Shown: piece by piece, positions 1 through 9,012 of the stretch
How the letters are laid out: every line of letters begins with the position of its first letter
Position numbering within the stretch: position 1 is the stretch's first letter
NCBI GenBank assembly: GCA_030141605.1
Contig: JAQGDQ010000858.1
Location: 1-64,000 of the forward strand
Length of the DNA stretch: 64,000 nucleotides
From: Tubiluchus corallicola
Taxonomy: Eukaryota; Animalia; Priapulida
Direction of reading: 5' to 3'
The notes under the pieces: model-generated
What the model was told of the DNA's origin: nothing
Databases searched by the model: none
Seen by the model: the letters and a program-made list of their open reading frames with translations, nothing else
Position numbers and translations under genes: made by a program

Positions 1-3000
1 GTCACGTACACCGGAGGCAGTTGCTCACTATCAAAACAGACAATGCTATCTTTGCTATTTCTAAACAGCCTGACTACCTCTTCAACTCTCTCTTTCAGCT
101 CAACCTTTTCACTCTTAGGCCTGGGCATCTTTGCAAAACTTGAAAATGACGAAGCAATAGAGGAGAGAGACTCTATCTGCTCCACCAAAGTACGGGTAAC
201 CTGTTTAAAATACTCGTCAAAATACCCAGCCTGCTGCTCTTTGAGGTGCTGTAAGTATTGAATACTAAGCTTCATAGGTGTCAGTGGATTTTTTATTTCA
301 TGAGCAACCTGTCTGGCCATCTCACGCCATGCTGACTCACGCTCGGAACGAGCCAACAGGACAGTACTCTCCGCCAACTCATCTACCTTTTTATTATACT
401 CATGTACCAACTTACCAATCTCATCTTCTGACTCATACTCTATCTTTATATTCGACACCCCCAGTTGTATTCCTTTGAGTTTCTCCCCTACCAAACGCAA
501 GGGAGAAGCTAATGCATTACTTATAAACACAGCCATCAGAAGGCTTATTAATGTTAGTAGTATATAAAGATTTACAAATGCTACAATAAAACCTGAAATC
601 TCATGCATCTGCTCTCTTCGCTTAGTAAAAAAGGGAATATTCAAATACCCCTTAGCCTGGCCGGCCTTATCAAACACCATAACATAAGCTGAGTAAAACG
701 ACATTTTCCCAATCTTCTCTCTATGAAGAAAACTATATCTTCCCTCCTTAGTCATAGCATTAAATGCCACCGGATTCATTCTATCCGAGGTAAGGCCTTT
801 GCTAAAAATATCATATCGCGAAGTTGCAAAAAGCACTCCCTCAGGATCAAAAAAGTTTATATCAGCCCAGAATATTTCAGATAACTGTATCAGGTCAAAT
901 TCAATTAAATCACTATTTAAACTATCCAGCCGTAACTCATCCTCAATCCTCATCTCCAGCTCAGACGATACAGACCTGAGCTTCTCACTCAAACTATCTT
1001 TAGTCCTCCTTTTAAACTGCTCATAATTATATATGATAACACCAGAACCCACAATTACCAGAGAAACAAAAAGTAGCGAGACTATAGCAAGCTGTATCTT
1101 ACGCCTGAAATCCCACTGCCTTCGCTTCAATCGCAAAGCACGTGTATTAACACCCACTACAAATATTCCTACCAGGTAGATCAAAAGAAACAGATAAGGG
1201 AAAGAGGCTATCTTGTCAATAAATGACCCGGACAGATAACTAACAACTGTGTAATTACCAGGAGCAACCCGATAAAAACAGTGTGAATACCCCTCCGCGC
1301 TAAAAAATGAAAACTCACTCTCCTCTCCATTTTCTATATCCGCTGTAAGAGCATACTCGTATGCTCCACGTCTACTCACCAGGTTTTTATCATAGTACTT
1401 AGCAAAACTAAAATACCTCCTGCGGCTACCAGCATAAAAATCTTCATCAAGCAATAGTTCGGAATAGCCTTGGCCTTCGGAGATAAGCTTCGAACGTATA
1501 TCAACAAACAAGGATAATGTATCGCCACCCACCAGGCTGGCACTTGCAACAGGTAAATGTCCAAAATAGGTAATATGCCCGTCAGGCTCATCCATAAAAT
1601 AGAACCTGCTTCCAGGAATACTCACGCCTTGCTTCTCAACCCTTTCCAAAAAAAAGTCACGACAATGGTGCAACACATTATCCGGCTGAACAAAAATACT
1701 ATCCCTCTCCCCGCACACAGTTATCTGTACCTCATAATTGCGCCAATAAGCACCAAAATAAGTCTTTATAATATACTCTTCATAAGCGCTGTATGGCATA
1801 TCTACCAAAGAAGTAGCAATACTGTCCTCCATAAGCTCCGACTCAACCTGAGACAAATATATCTCCACAGTTGGATCGCGCTCAGAGGCAAGATTAACAG
1901 CCAGAACTTTTTGGGTTTCCCGGGTACGCCTGTCAATATGCTTAAGCAAAAAGACATAAAAAAAAGTAGCGGTAAGAAGTGAAAATACAATTAAAAAAGT
2001 TGTTCTGTACTTACGAAGGCTTTCAAAGCTTACAAAAAAAGGAATAAGCAAAATAATGACATAGAAAATATATGATAAATATGCAACCCCGCCACTAGTA
2101 GCAAGGAAAAATATGGCATATGCCACTACGCCGGATATTAGAATATATAGAATCTTTTTAACTGGTGAAAATACACCTCTTGATACCGAGCAAAGCCTCA
2201 AAGCTATAAATAGAAAGCCAAATGACTGAAGGGCCTGAGCTGCAAGGCTCAACAAATTGACTGTTGATATGCGAAACTCCCGGTAAATGCTAAACGTTAT
2301 ATTAGAGTTTAGTATAAGAATACGAAAAAGATATACCATTAATGTAAAATAAAGAGCAGCAAACAGGAATGGGAAAGCTGATAAAAATGACAGCTTTCCT
2401 GATGCCGGCATATCTTTTTTATGATAACAACTAAAAAAAACAACAGATGCATAAAACATCAACACAGACAATATAATAAACTCACCCAGAGAAGACAACC
2501 ATGAACTAAAGGCAAAATAACGTGGGGAGTAGAAGCCTAAAAAATCAAATGTTCTGGGAAGTTTTAGCCAGTTGACTAAAACAAACATGAGCAAAGCAAC
2601 AGAGAGCCCTGCCAGAACTTTATATGCTCCGTGAACATCCTCTCGTGACCTTAAAAAGGTGATCGAATACAGCAAAAAAAGGAAAATACCCAGCAAAAAT
2701 AATAACGCTGGCAAAATAAGGCTTGATACAGGACAAACAGCTCCTCCCTTTTGCTGTACCGAAAACATAAAGTCCCCTTTTAAACTCCTAACATTACAAT
2801 CTTCCTCACCAGGTATATTGCTAATAAATACATTATCCAGCAAATGAAAATCACGATGAAAGGCATCTTTTAAGTACCTGTTTTGATAAGGAAATGTTTC
2901 CCTTACTAACATGTAACCTATAACGGTGTGGTTCCCCTCTCTCTTGCCATATATGCAGAACCAGCCGGTGGGCAACTTTTTAACTGTTCCATTGGTAAAA

Positions 3001-3335
3001 TATACATCTGGCAGACCACCAAATGCAACCAAAGAGGAGGACCAGTACTTAAGAGTATCTCCCTCAAATACACAAAAAGCAAACCCCTCTTTTGAGTACC
3101 CTTCAAGCTCTTCTTTGTCCAACTCAAAAGGCACACTCCCCTTCCCTACCCTCTCCATAATCATATCTATTGCGGAAAAAAGCTTCCCCTCTTTTTCATG
3201 AAGCACTCTCGACACCTTCAAGGTTAAATCACCGACAGTGAAAAAATTTAGCAAATAGTACTCCCTTCCCCAGGCCAACAAAATAAAAAGTAGACAAGCC
3301 GATAAAATGCTATTTCTTTTCAACTGTTGCTTCAT
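1..3335 (-). CDS. Large multi-pass membrane sensor histidine kinase (NtrY-like, HAMP-HisKA); 3' end runs off the window
   Basis: Absent from the ORF track because there is no stop in the window. ATG at 3335 (MKQQLKRNSILSACLLFILLAWG...). The H-box ESAWREMARQVAHEIKNPLTPMKLSIQYLQ near 250-340 is in the same frame (His codon at 302-300). Many hydrophobic segments lie between; I did not check every intervening codon. Confidence 0.88.
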   Translation of the reverse strand, partial: MKQQLKRNSILSACLLFILLAWGREYYLLNFFTVGDLTLKVSRVLHEKEGKLFSAIDMIMERVGKGSVPFELDKEELEGYSKEGFAFCVFEGDTLKYWSSSLVAFGGLPDVYFTNGTVKKLPTGWFCIYGKREGNHTVIGYMLVRETFPYQNRYLKDAFHRDFHLLDNVFISNIPGEEDCNVRSLKGDFMFSVQQKGGAVCPVSSLILPALLFLLGIFLFLLYSITFLRSREDVHGAYKVLAGLSVALLMFVLVNWLKLPRTFDFLGFYSPRYFAFSSWLSSLGEFIILSVLMFYASVVFFSCYHKKDMPASGKLSFLSAFPFLFAALYFTLMVYLFRILILNSNITFSIYREFRISTVNLLSLAAQALQSFGFLFIALRLCSVSRGVFSPVKKILYILISGVVAYAIFFLATSGGVAYLSYIFYVIILLIPFFVSFESLRKYRTTFLIVFSLLTATFFYVFLLKHIDRRTRETQKVLAVNLASERDPTVEIYLSQVESELMEDSIATSLVDMPYSAYEEYIIKTYFGAYWRNYEVQITVCGERDSIFVQPDNVLHHCRDFFLERVEKQGVSIPGSRFYFMDEPDGHITYFGHLPVASASLVGGDTLSLFVDIRSKLISEGQGYSELLLDEDFYAGSRRRYFSFAKYYDKNLVSRRGAYEYALTADIENGEESEFSFFSAEGYSHCFYRVAPGNYTVVSYLSGSFIDKIASFPYLFLLIYLVGIFVVGVNTRALRLKRRQWDFRRKIQLAIVSLLFVSLVIVGSGVIIYNYEQFKRRTKDSLSEKLRSVSSELEMRIEDELRLDSLNSDLIEFDLIQLSEIFWADINFFDPEGVLFATSRYDIFSKGLTSDRMNPVAFNAMTKEGRYSFLHREKIGKMSFYSAYVMVFDKAGQAKGYLNIPFFTKRREQMHEISGFIVAFVNLYILLTLISLLMAVFISNALASPLRLVGEKLKGIQLGVSNIKIEYESEDEIGKLVHEYNKKVDELAESTVLLARSERESAWREMARQVAHEIKNPLTPMKLSIQYLQHLKEQQAGYFDEYFKQVTRTLVEQIESLSSIASSFSSFAKMPRPKSEKVELKERVEEVVRLFRNSKDSIVCFDSEQLPPVYV

Positions 3336-3338
3336 AAA

Positions 3339-3812
3339 CTACTGATGATGATAAGGCTCCCTATTTATTATAGTCATTGCACGATAAAGTTGCTCTACAA
3401 AAATCATTCGTACCATCTGATGAGAAAATGTCATTTTTGATAACGATATTGTACCATTTGTCCTTTGGTATACAGAGTGAGAAAAGCCGTACGGCCCTCC
3501 AATAAAAAAAACAAGATGCCGAACACTATCCAACATCTTTCTCTCAATCCAACTTGCAAAAGCTACAGAAGTAAGCCCGTCACCATGCTCATCAAGAAGT
3601 ATCAATACATCAGATAGATTAAGCCTGGCAAGAAGCAGCGACCCCTCTTTTCTCTTCTGCTCCCCAGCAGACAGCTTTTTAGCACCCTTCACGTCAGGTA
3701 TAACCTTTAGCTCAAACGGAACATAGTGAAACAACCTCTTCGTATAAATGTCTATTCCCTCTTGTAGATAACTCTTATCGGTTTTTCCAACCATGAATAA
3801 AGTAACCTTCAC
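3339..3812 (-). CDS. rlmH: 23S rRNA (pseudouridine1915-N3)-methyltransferase
   Basis: 157 aa SPOUT protein with LLDEHG, FFIGGPYGF, SLSKMTFSHQMVRMIFVEQLYRA and C-terminal PYHH. Confidence 0.96.
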   Translation of the reverse strand: MKVTLFMVGKTDKSYLQEGIDIYTKRLFHYVPFELKVIPDVKGAKKLSAGEQKRKEGSLLLARLNLSDVLILLDEHGDGLTSVAFASWIERKMLDSVRHLVFFIGGPYGFSHSVYQRTNGTISLSKMTFSHQMVRMIFVEQLYRAMTIINREPYHHQ

Positions 3813-4050
3813 TTGTAAATCAATGTCAATTAGTACTCTGCCTCCACTTCTGTCTCATACCCGCTACAACAACTGTAAACTAACTCTCTTTGCAAACATA
3901 TCCTTGCACTTAACCAAGCTTAAAATTAAAAATTAACCAGGACTTTCCCAGACCGGAAGCTAACTTTCACAGCAATAGCAAACAACCTGCACATAACTTT
4001 ACGCAATTACCGCAATTTGGTTCAAAGCTAGCTCTATTCCCAGACTATTT

Positions 4051-4177
4051 AGGCTTTTACAAAAAAAAGATCTTGCTTTAGGTTGGAGAAAAATTTGATG
4101 AAAATCACAAATTACTGATATAAATGAGGGTTTTGACAAAAGCATTAATAAAAAGATGAGCTTTGCAAATGCAGCCT
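4051..4177 (+). repeat. Palindromic dispersed element, copy R1 (short variant)
   Basis: AGGCTTTTACA...GATGAAAATCACAAATTACTGATATAAATGAGGGTTTTGACAAAAGCATTAATAAAAAGATGAGCTTTGCAAA; aligns by eye with the other copies. Confidence 0.88.
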
Positions 4178-4250
4178 TACAATAAAATTCGACCTTATAT
4201 GTATAAAGACTACCATTTAGCAATATAATTTGTATCTTGGAGGTTAAACT

Positions 4251-4388
4251 AGGCCTTTACAGGGCAAAAGACGGTATCATCTTGAGAAAAAATTCGATGA
4301 AAAATCGCAGCTTACTGATGTAAATAAAGATCGTGAAAGAGGTTTTGACTAAAATGTTAATAAAAAGATAAATTTTGCAAAAGACCTC
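4251..4388 (+). repeat. Palindromic dispersed element, copy R2
   Basis: AGGCCTTTACA...TTCGATGAAAAATCGCAGCTTACTGATGTAAATAAAGATCGTGAAAGAGGTTTTGAC...TTAATAAAAAGATAAATTTTGCAAAAGACCTC. Confidence 0.9.
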
Positions 4389-4437
4389 ACAACTGTCTTT
4401 ATTGAGACATGATTATATCGGTATAAATACTATTGGT

Positions 4438-4866
4438 TTGAATAAAAGTACAATACTACTTCCAGCCTTTTGTGGCTTTTTCTTATCTTTAGCTCTTCTT
4501 TCCAGTGCTCAAGTACCAGATCAAATAGTGAGGGGATTTAAAGCAGGAAATGCAAAAACTATTGCTCAATATTTCAATGAAAGCATTGAGCTTATGATTT
4601 CCGATACAGAAAATGTCTGCTCAAAAGCTCAGGCTGAGCAAATACTAAAAGGATTTTTTAATAAAAATATCCCTTCCGGCTTTAAAATAGTGCATCAGGG
4701 AGACGAAGAGCACACAAAATATGTTGTGGGAAATCTTCAGTCAGACCATAACCTATTTCAGGTGCAAATACTTCTGAAAAAGAAAGGAGGTAAACAAACA
4801 ATTCATAAACTTCGAATTGAAAAAAATAAAAACTCAAAAAAATATCGCCATGTCGAGATGGAATAA
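4438..4866 (+). CDS. DUF4783-like secreted protein
   Basis: Signal peptide ending SSA|Q, then FKAGNAKTIAQYFNESIEL and CSKAQAEQILKGFF. The ORF-track start (4375) lies inside repeat R2, so TTG 4438 is more plausible. Confidence 0.75.
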   Translation: MNKSTILLPAFCGFFLSLALLSSAQVPDQIVRGFKAGNAKTIAQYFNESIELMISDTENVCSKAQAEQILKGFFNKNIPSGFKIVHQGDEEHTKYVVGNLQSDHNLFQVQILLKKKGGKQTIHKLRIEKNKNSKKYRHVEME

Positions 4867-5851
4867 CCTAAAAGTAAAATCAACCAACTCAACAAATAGT
4901 ATAATAGAGAAAGCTAAAAAAATTACTATCCCTTTCTTTGACAATGTGCCACTTTATGATGTCTCTGTATTTTTCTGGAAAGGCATTATAAATGGCTCAA
5001 TTACAACAAGAGCGTCAGCCATTGCCTTCAACTTTATACTAGCTCTATTTCCGGCAACAATCTTCTTTTTTACCCTTATTCCCTACATTCCCATAGAGGA
5101 CTTTCAACAGGATCTATTTATGATAATAAATAACATAATGCCTAGTGATACTTCTCTAATTATTACTATAGAGGATGTTATTATGAGGCCACACGGTGGG
5201 CTTCTATCATTTGGATTCTTTGCAACGCTGATATTTGCGACAAACGGAGCAAGCTCAATAATATCTGCTTTTAACGCAACAACACATGCTATTGAAACCC
5301 GTTCATGGCTAAACCAAAGATTAGTAGCGCTGGTGCTTGTTCTTATAATATTCGGGTTGACAACACTGAGTGTTACCCTTATAGCAGTAAGCGAGACAGT
5401 AATGTATTTTTTGGTTAAAGAAAATATATTACAAATAAACCTAACTTACTATCTGCTTTCAATTGGAAAATGGATTGTAATTTGTGCTCTTTTATTTTTT
5501 GCCAACGCCTTTCTCTTTTATCTCGCTCCAGCAAAAAAATCAAAGTTTCGCTTTATCTCAGCCGGAGGCTCTTTAGCAACATCATTAACAATTATAACAT
5601 CTATCGGATTCTCTTTCTATATAAATAACTTTGGCAACTACAATAAACTGTATGGCTCTATTGGTACATTGCTTGTCGTAATGATGTGGCTGTACCTTAA
5701 CTCTCTGGCACAACTATTAGGCTTTGAATTAAATGCCAGTATTACATCCGCAAGAAGTAATAGTCATACCTTTTCAGCAAAGAAACATAGCCCCCCCTTA
5801 ATCGCAGTAAAACAGGAGAATAAAAATAATAACTACGGCATATCAATGTAG
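4850..5851 (+). CDS. YihY/virulence factor BrkB family membrane protein
   Basis: ITTRASAIAFNFILALFP, about 6 TM segments, YINNFGNYNKLYGSIGTLLVVMMWLY...LLGFELNASI. ATG 4850 preferred over TTG 4817. Confidence 0.9.
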   Translation: MSRWNNLKVKSTNSTNSIIEKAKKITIPFFDNVPLYDVSVFFWKGIINGSITTRASAIAFNFILALFPATIFFFTLIPYIPIEDFQQDLFMIINNIMPSDTSLIITIEDVIMRPHGGLLSFGFFATLIFATNGASSIISAFNATTHAIETRSWLNQRLVALVLVLIIFGLTTLSVTLIAVSETVMYFLVKENILQINLTYYLLSIGKWIVICALLFFANAFLFYLAPAKKSKFRFISAGGSLATSLTIITSIGFSFYINNFGNYNKLYGSIGTLLVVMMWLYLNSLAQLLGFELNASITSARSNSHTFSAKKHSPPLIAVKQENKNNNYGISM

Positions 5852-5853
5852 TG

Positions 5854-5994
5854 GAAACCTTTGCAGTGCAATAAAACCTGACACGGATTGAAGAGAAGCT
5901 CATTAATAAAACTGTAATTTACTAACGTAAATGAGGATTTTGAAGAAGGTTTTGGCGACAGTATCAATAAAAAGATGAACTTTGCAAAGCTTTC
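5854..5994 (+). repeat. Palindromic dispersed element, copy R3
   Basis: Ends GAAACCTTTGCA / TGCAAAGCTTTC (11/12 inverted match); core ATTTACTAACGTAAATGAGGATTTTGAAGAAGGTTTTGGC; starts 2 nt after the yihY stop. Confidence 0.9.
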
Positions 5995-6040
5995 TCAATC
6001 AAAAAACACTAGCTCTATTAAGAAGAGTTTAAAAACATCA

Positions 6041-6598
6041 ATGGAGAACAAATCAAGTAAAACAATACTAGGAATAGATCCCGGTTCAAATGTAATGGGA
6101 TATGGCATAATTAGAATCAGGGAAAAAAAAGTATCAGTAGTTACAATGGGAGTTATTAAAACATCCCGCATGGGGGATCACTACCAAAAACTTCGCCATA
6201 TTTTCAACCGTACACTTCATCTGGTAAACGAATTCACGCCAGATGAAGCTGCCCTTGAAGCCCCATTTTTTGGGAAAAATGTCCAGTCAATGCTAAAACT
6301 GGGGAGGGCACAAGGTGTTGCAATGGCAGCAGTTCTTTCTAAAGGCATCCCTGTTTTTGAGTATGCTCCACTGCGAATCAAGCTATCTATTACCGGAAAT
6401 GGAAGTGCCTCAAAAGAGCAAGTAGCCTTTTTCCTTCAGCAGATGTTTAATATCAAAATCATGCCACCGGAGCTTGATGCCACCGATGGGCTAGCAGCAG
6501 CAGTGTGCCATCATCTAAGCCCTAAAGACTACCTATCAGGTAAATCCTACAAAAACTGGGAAGACTATATACGCAAAAATCCGAAAAAAGTTAAATAA
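6041..6598 (+). CDS. ruvC: Holliday junction resolvase RuvC
   Basis: ILGIDPGS, LEAPFFGKNVQSMLKLGRAQG, GNGSASKEQV, DATDGLAAAVCH. The in-frame upstream ATG at 5975 comes from repeat R3. Confidence 0.96.
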   Translation: MENKSSKTILGIDPGSNVMGYGIIRIREKKVSVVTMGVIKTSRMGDHYQKLRHIFNRTLHLVNEFTPDEAALEAPFFGKNVQSMLKLGRAQGVAMAAVLSKGIPVFEYAPLRIKLSITGNGSASKEQVAFFLQQMFNIKIMPPELDATDGLAAAVCHHLSPKDYLSGKSYKNWEDYIRKNPKKVK

Positions 6599-6622
6599 AG
6601 CACTACAAACCATTAACTATCC

Positions 6623-7021
6623 TCATGCGGTAAGCTCAGCTCTTATTTTCGCTGCAATTTCAGAGAACTCCTCATTTGATAGCCTGAGCTTTGGATTTGC
6701 AAAATTAATATCTCGCTCTGTCTGTAGTGGAACTAAGTGTATATGAGCATGTGGCACCTCAAGCCCCAAAACTACAACTCCGATTTTAATACAGGGGATA
6801 GCCTTTTTAAGAGCCACAGCAACCTTTTTGGCAAATAAATGCAGCTCAGCAAAAAGATCATCATCCATATCAAAAAGATAGTCAATCTCTCTTTTGGGGA
6901 TAACCAGGACGTGCCCTTTAACCAAAGGGAACACATCCAAAAAGGCAAGGAAATCTCCATCTTCAGCAATTTTGTATGCCGGGATATCTCCATTTACAAT
7001 TTTTGTAAAAACACTTACCAT
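6623..7021 (-). CDS. HIT family nucleotide hydrolase
   Basis: MVSVFTKIVNGDIP start; histidine triad VPHAHIHLVP. Confidence 0.93.
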   Translation of the reverse strand: MVSVFTKIVNGDIPAYKIAEDGDFLAFLDVFPLVKGHVLVIPKREIDYLFDMDDDLFAELHLFAKKVAVALKKAIPCIKIGVVVLGLEVPHAHIHLVPLQTERDINFANPKLRLSNEEFSEIAAKIRAELTA

Positions 7022-7099
7022 ACTTACGCAAAGTAATACATGGCAGCAATACGCCCCCATTTCAAACCACCCATTCCCCTCTTATTACTAACTGGATAA

Positions 7100-7579
7100 C
7101 TAAATATCAAGTCCTATATTGATTATTTCAAACGGTATAACTCCTGTTGGCACTTTAATTTCTACCTCTGTCCCTACCTTCTTGCCCAAGAGACCCTGGG
7201 CAATTGGAGTATCAACACTTATCTTCCCTGCTTTAATATCCGCCTCATGCTCTGAAACAATAGTATACGACATCACTGCACCGCTCTTCTTATTCTTTAT
7301 TGTCACCTTATTAAATATCTGAACCACAGATATATCAATCTTAGACTTGTCAATAATCCTCGCATTCATTATCTGCTCCTTGAGCTGCGCAATCTTGGCT
7401 TCCAGCATACCTTGAGCATCTTTAGCAGCATCATACTCTGCATTCTCAGAAATATCACCTTTTTCTATCGCCTCCCCAATCTGTTTTGAAATGGCGGGGC
7501 GCTCAATTGAAATAAGCTTCTCAAGTTCGGATTTCAGTTTATCCAAGCCTTTTGAAGTTATATAAGTTACCTTAGCCAT
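7100..7579 (-). CDS. greA: Transcription elongation factor GreA
   Basis: GDISENAEYDAAK and ISVDTPIAQGLLGKKVG motifs; 159 aa. Confidence 0.96.
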   Translation of the reverse strand: MAKVTYITSKGLDKLKSELEKLISIERPAISKQIGEAIEKGDISENAEYDAAKDAQGMLEAKIAQLKEQIMNARIIDKSKIDISVVQIFNKVTIKNKKSGAVMSYTIVSEHEADIKAGKISVDTPIAQGLLGKKVGTEVEIKVPTGVIPFEIINIGLDI

Positions 7580-7599
7580 TTTACCTGATTTAGATAGTT

Positions 7600-7636
7600 A
7601 AAAAAATAAGAAGAATCCCATGTGCCAGGACTCTTC
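7600..7636 (-). terminator. Intrinsic terminator-like hairpin in the greA leader
   Basis: Minus strand reads GAAGAGTCC-TGGCACATG-GGATTCTTC then TTATTTTTTT, between the promoter motif and the greA ATG. Confidence 0.65.
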
Positions 7637-7659
7637 CCCATATCTGAGTCTTATATATA

Positions 7660-7667
7660 CAAATGTA
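7660..7667 (-). promoter_or_regulatory. Bacteroidota sigma70 -7 element for greA
   Basis: Minus strand TACATTTG matches TAnnTTTG, about 80 nt upstream of greA. Confidence 0.6.
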
Positions 7668-7691
7668 ATGTTTTTCCCGAAAACTACACTA

Positions 7692-7820
7692 TGAGACCTT
7701 TACAAAGCGAAATATTTTTGTTTATACAGAGGGGCCTTTTGATGAAAAGTCACAACTTACTGACATAAATGAAGATTTTGACAAAACATTAATAAAAAGA
7801 AGAGCCTCGCAAAGCTCTCA
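7692..7820 (+). repeat. Palindromic dispersed element, copy R4 (short variant)
   Basis: TGAGACCTTTACAAAGC...GATGAAAAGTCACAACTTACTGACATAAATGAAGATTTTGACAAAACATTAATAAAAAGAAGAGCCTCGCAAAGCTCTCA. Confidence 0.92.
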
Positions 7821-7864
7821 CTATATAAAATTAATCAAAAAAATAAAGATGCAAAAAACAGAAC

Positions 7865-8386
7865 TTAATACTTTCTATTTATGATTTCTGAGTAGATCAC
7901 TGCCTTTTTGAGACTAAACCCCTTTTTTATCCGCGCTTTTCGAAAATACGCTTTTCCCTCTTTATGAACGGAGGGGGATGTATCTTTTTCAGGTAAAACT
8001 GCTGTTGATGCTTCATCACTTTTCACAGGCTCAACCACAACGGGCTTTTCCATAACTTCCACGGGCTCTGCCTCCTCCTCTATATAAGTGGGAGGGGAGC
8101 CGTCAAAAACATTTTTTTCTCCAAGCAACTCCTCCAGTTTCTCAAAAATAGTTGATGCAGGACGGGACTCCTCTTCCACTTCATAGTCCGAGGTAACTGC
8201 ACCCTCTTCTTCTTCCTGCCACTCCTCCTCTTCCCACTCTTCCTGCCTCTTTTTCATCGCCTCACTCTTTCTATGCTTGTCATAAATCTGAGCTATTATT
8301 GATATAACTACCAGAATAACAAAAATATAGCTGCCTATATCTGCGTTTAAAAGTACAACGTTACCAATAGTGAATTCCGCGTGCAT
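7865..8386 (-). CDS. Hypothetical single-pass membrane protein with acidic cytoplasmic tail
   Basis: N-terminal TM (YIFVILVVISIIAQI), Glu-rich middle, C-terminal FSLKKAVIYSEIINRKY motif recalled from Bacteroidota hypotheticals; start uncertain. Confidence 0.72.
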   Translation of the reverse strand: MHAEFTIGNVVLLNADIGSYIFVILVVISIIAQIYDKHRKSEAMKKRQEEWEEEEWQEEEEGAVTSDYEVEEESRPASTIFEKLEELLGEKNVFDGSPPTYIEEEAEPVEVMEKPVVVEPVKSDEASTAVLPEKDTSPSVHKEGKAYFRKARIKKGFSLKKAVIYSEIINRKY

Positions 8387-8405
8387 TTTTGTATTTTTGA
8401 TGTTT

Positions 8406-8873
8406 ATGATGTTAAAGATAGATAAAAATGTTAAAACTCAACTCCTTAGTACAGCTGCATTTTTGTTAATAATACCTGTTTTAACTACTGCTTTCAGTTG
8501 TGCTGATAAGCAGAAAGCACACCCTGTTCCTGATGCACATGTAGACTTTTATATAAGCTTAAATACAGGTGATTATCTCACCATTTCCGGAAACTCAATG
8601 TCCTTTCCAGGCGGTTACGGTGGCGAAGTCATAGTAACATGTGTAAACTCAAATACCTTAGAATATAATGCATATGATGCTGTATGCACATATGAAGTCC
8701 GTCCATCTTGCCTTATTGCTCTTTCCAATGGAGGAGTTACAGGTAAGTGCTCATGCTGCGACTCAGAATTTAGCCTTTTTGGAGGCGGATATCCAATCAA
8801 AGGTTCGGCAACTTTCGCCCTGAAAAGGTATAAAGTAAGCGCCTCATCCAATGGGTTGCGAGTGTATAATTAA
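8406..8873 (+). CDS. Rieske/ferredoxin-like lipoprotein
   Basis: Lipobox TTAFSC; AYDAVCTYE...C...KCSCCDSEFSL...GYP...LKRY pattern; TATTTTTG motif at 8392-8399 just upstream. Confidence 0.72.
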   Translation: MMLKIDKNVKTQLLSTAAFLLIIPVLTTAFSCADKQKAHPVPDAHVDFYISLNTGDYLTISGNSMSFPGGYGGEVIVTCVNSNTLEYNAYDAVCTYEVRPSCLIALSNGGVTGKCSCCDSEFSLFGGGYPIKGSATFALKRYKVSASSNGLRVYN

Positions 8874-8878
8874 TATTA

Positions 8879-9012
8879 TGAAGCTATTGCGAAAATGAAA
8901 AATCTTGATTCAGTTTTAAAAAAAATCGATGAAAATCGCAATTTACTGATGTAAATGGGTGGGTGTTTCAAAGAAAGTATTAATAAAAAGATGAGCTTTT
9001 GCAAGACTCTCA
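8879..9012 (+). repeat. Palindromic dispersed element, copy R5
   Basis: TGAAGCTATTGCGA...TCGATGAAAATCGCAATTTACTGATGTAAATGGG...TATTAATAAAAAGATGAGCTTTTGCAAGACTCTCA; the terminal TCA is the ahcY stop codon. Confidence 0.9.
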
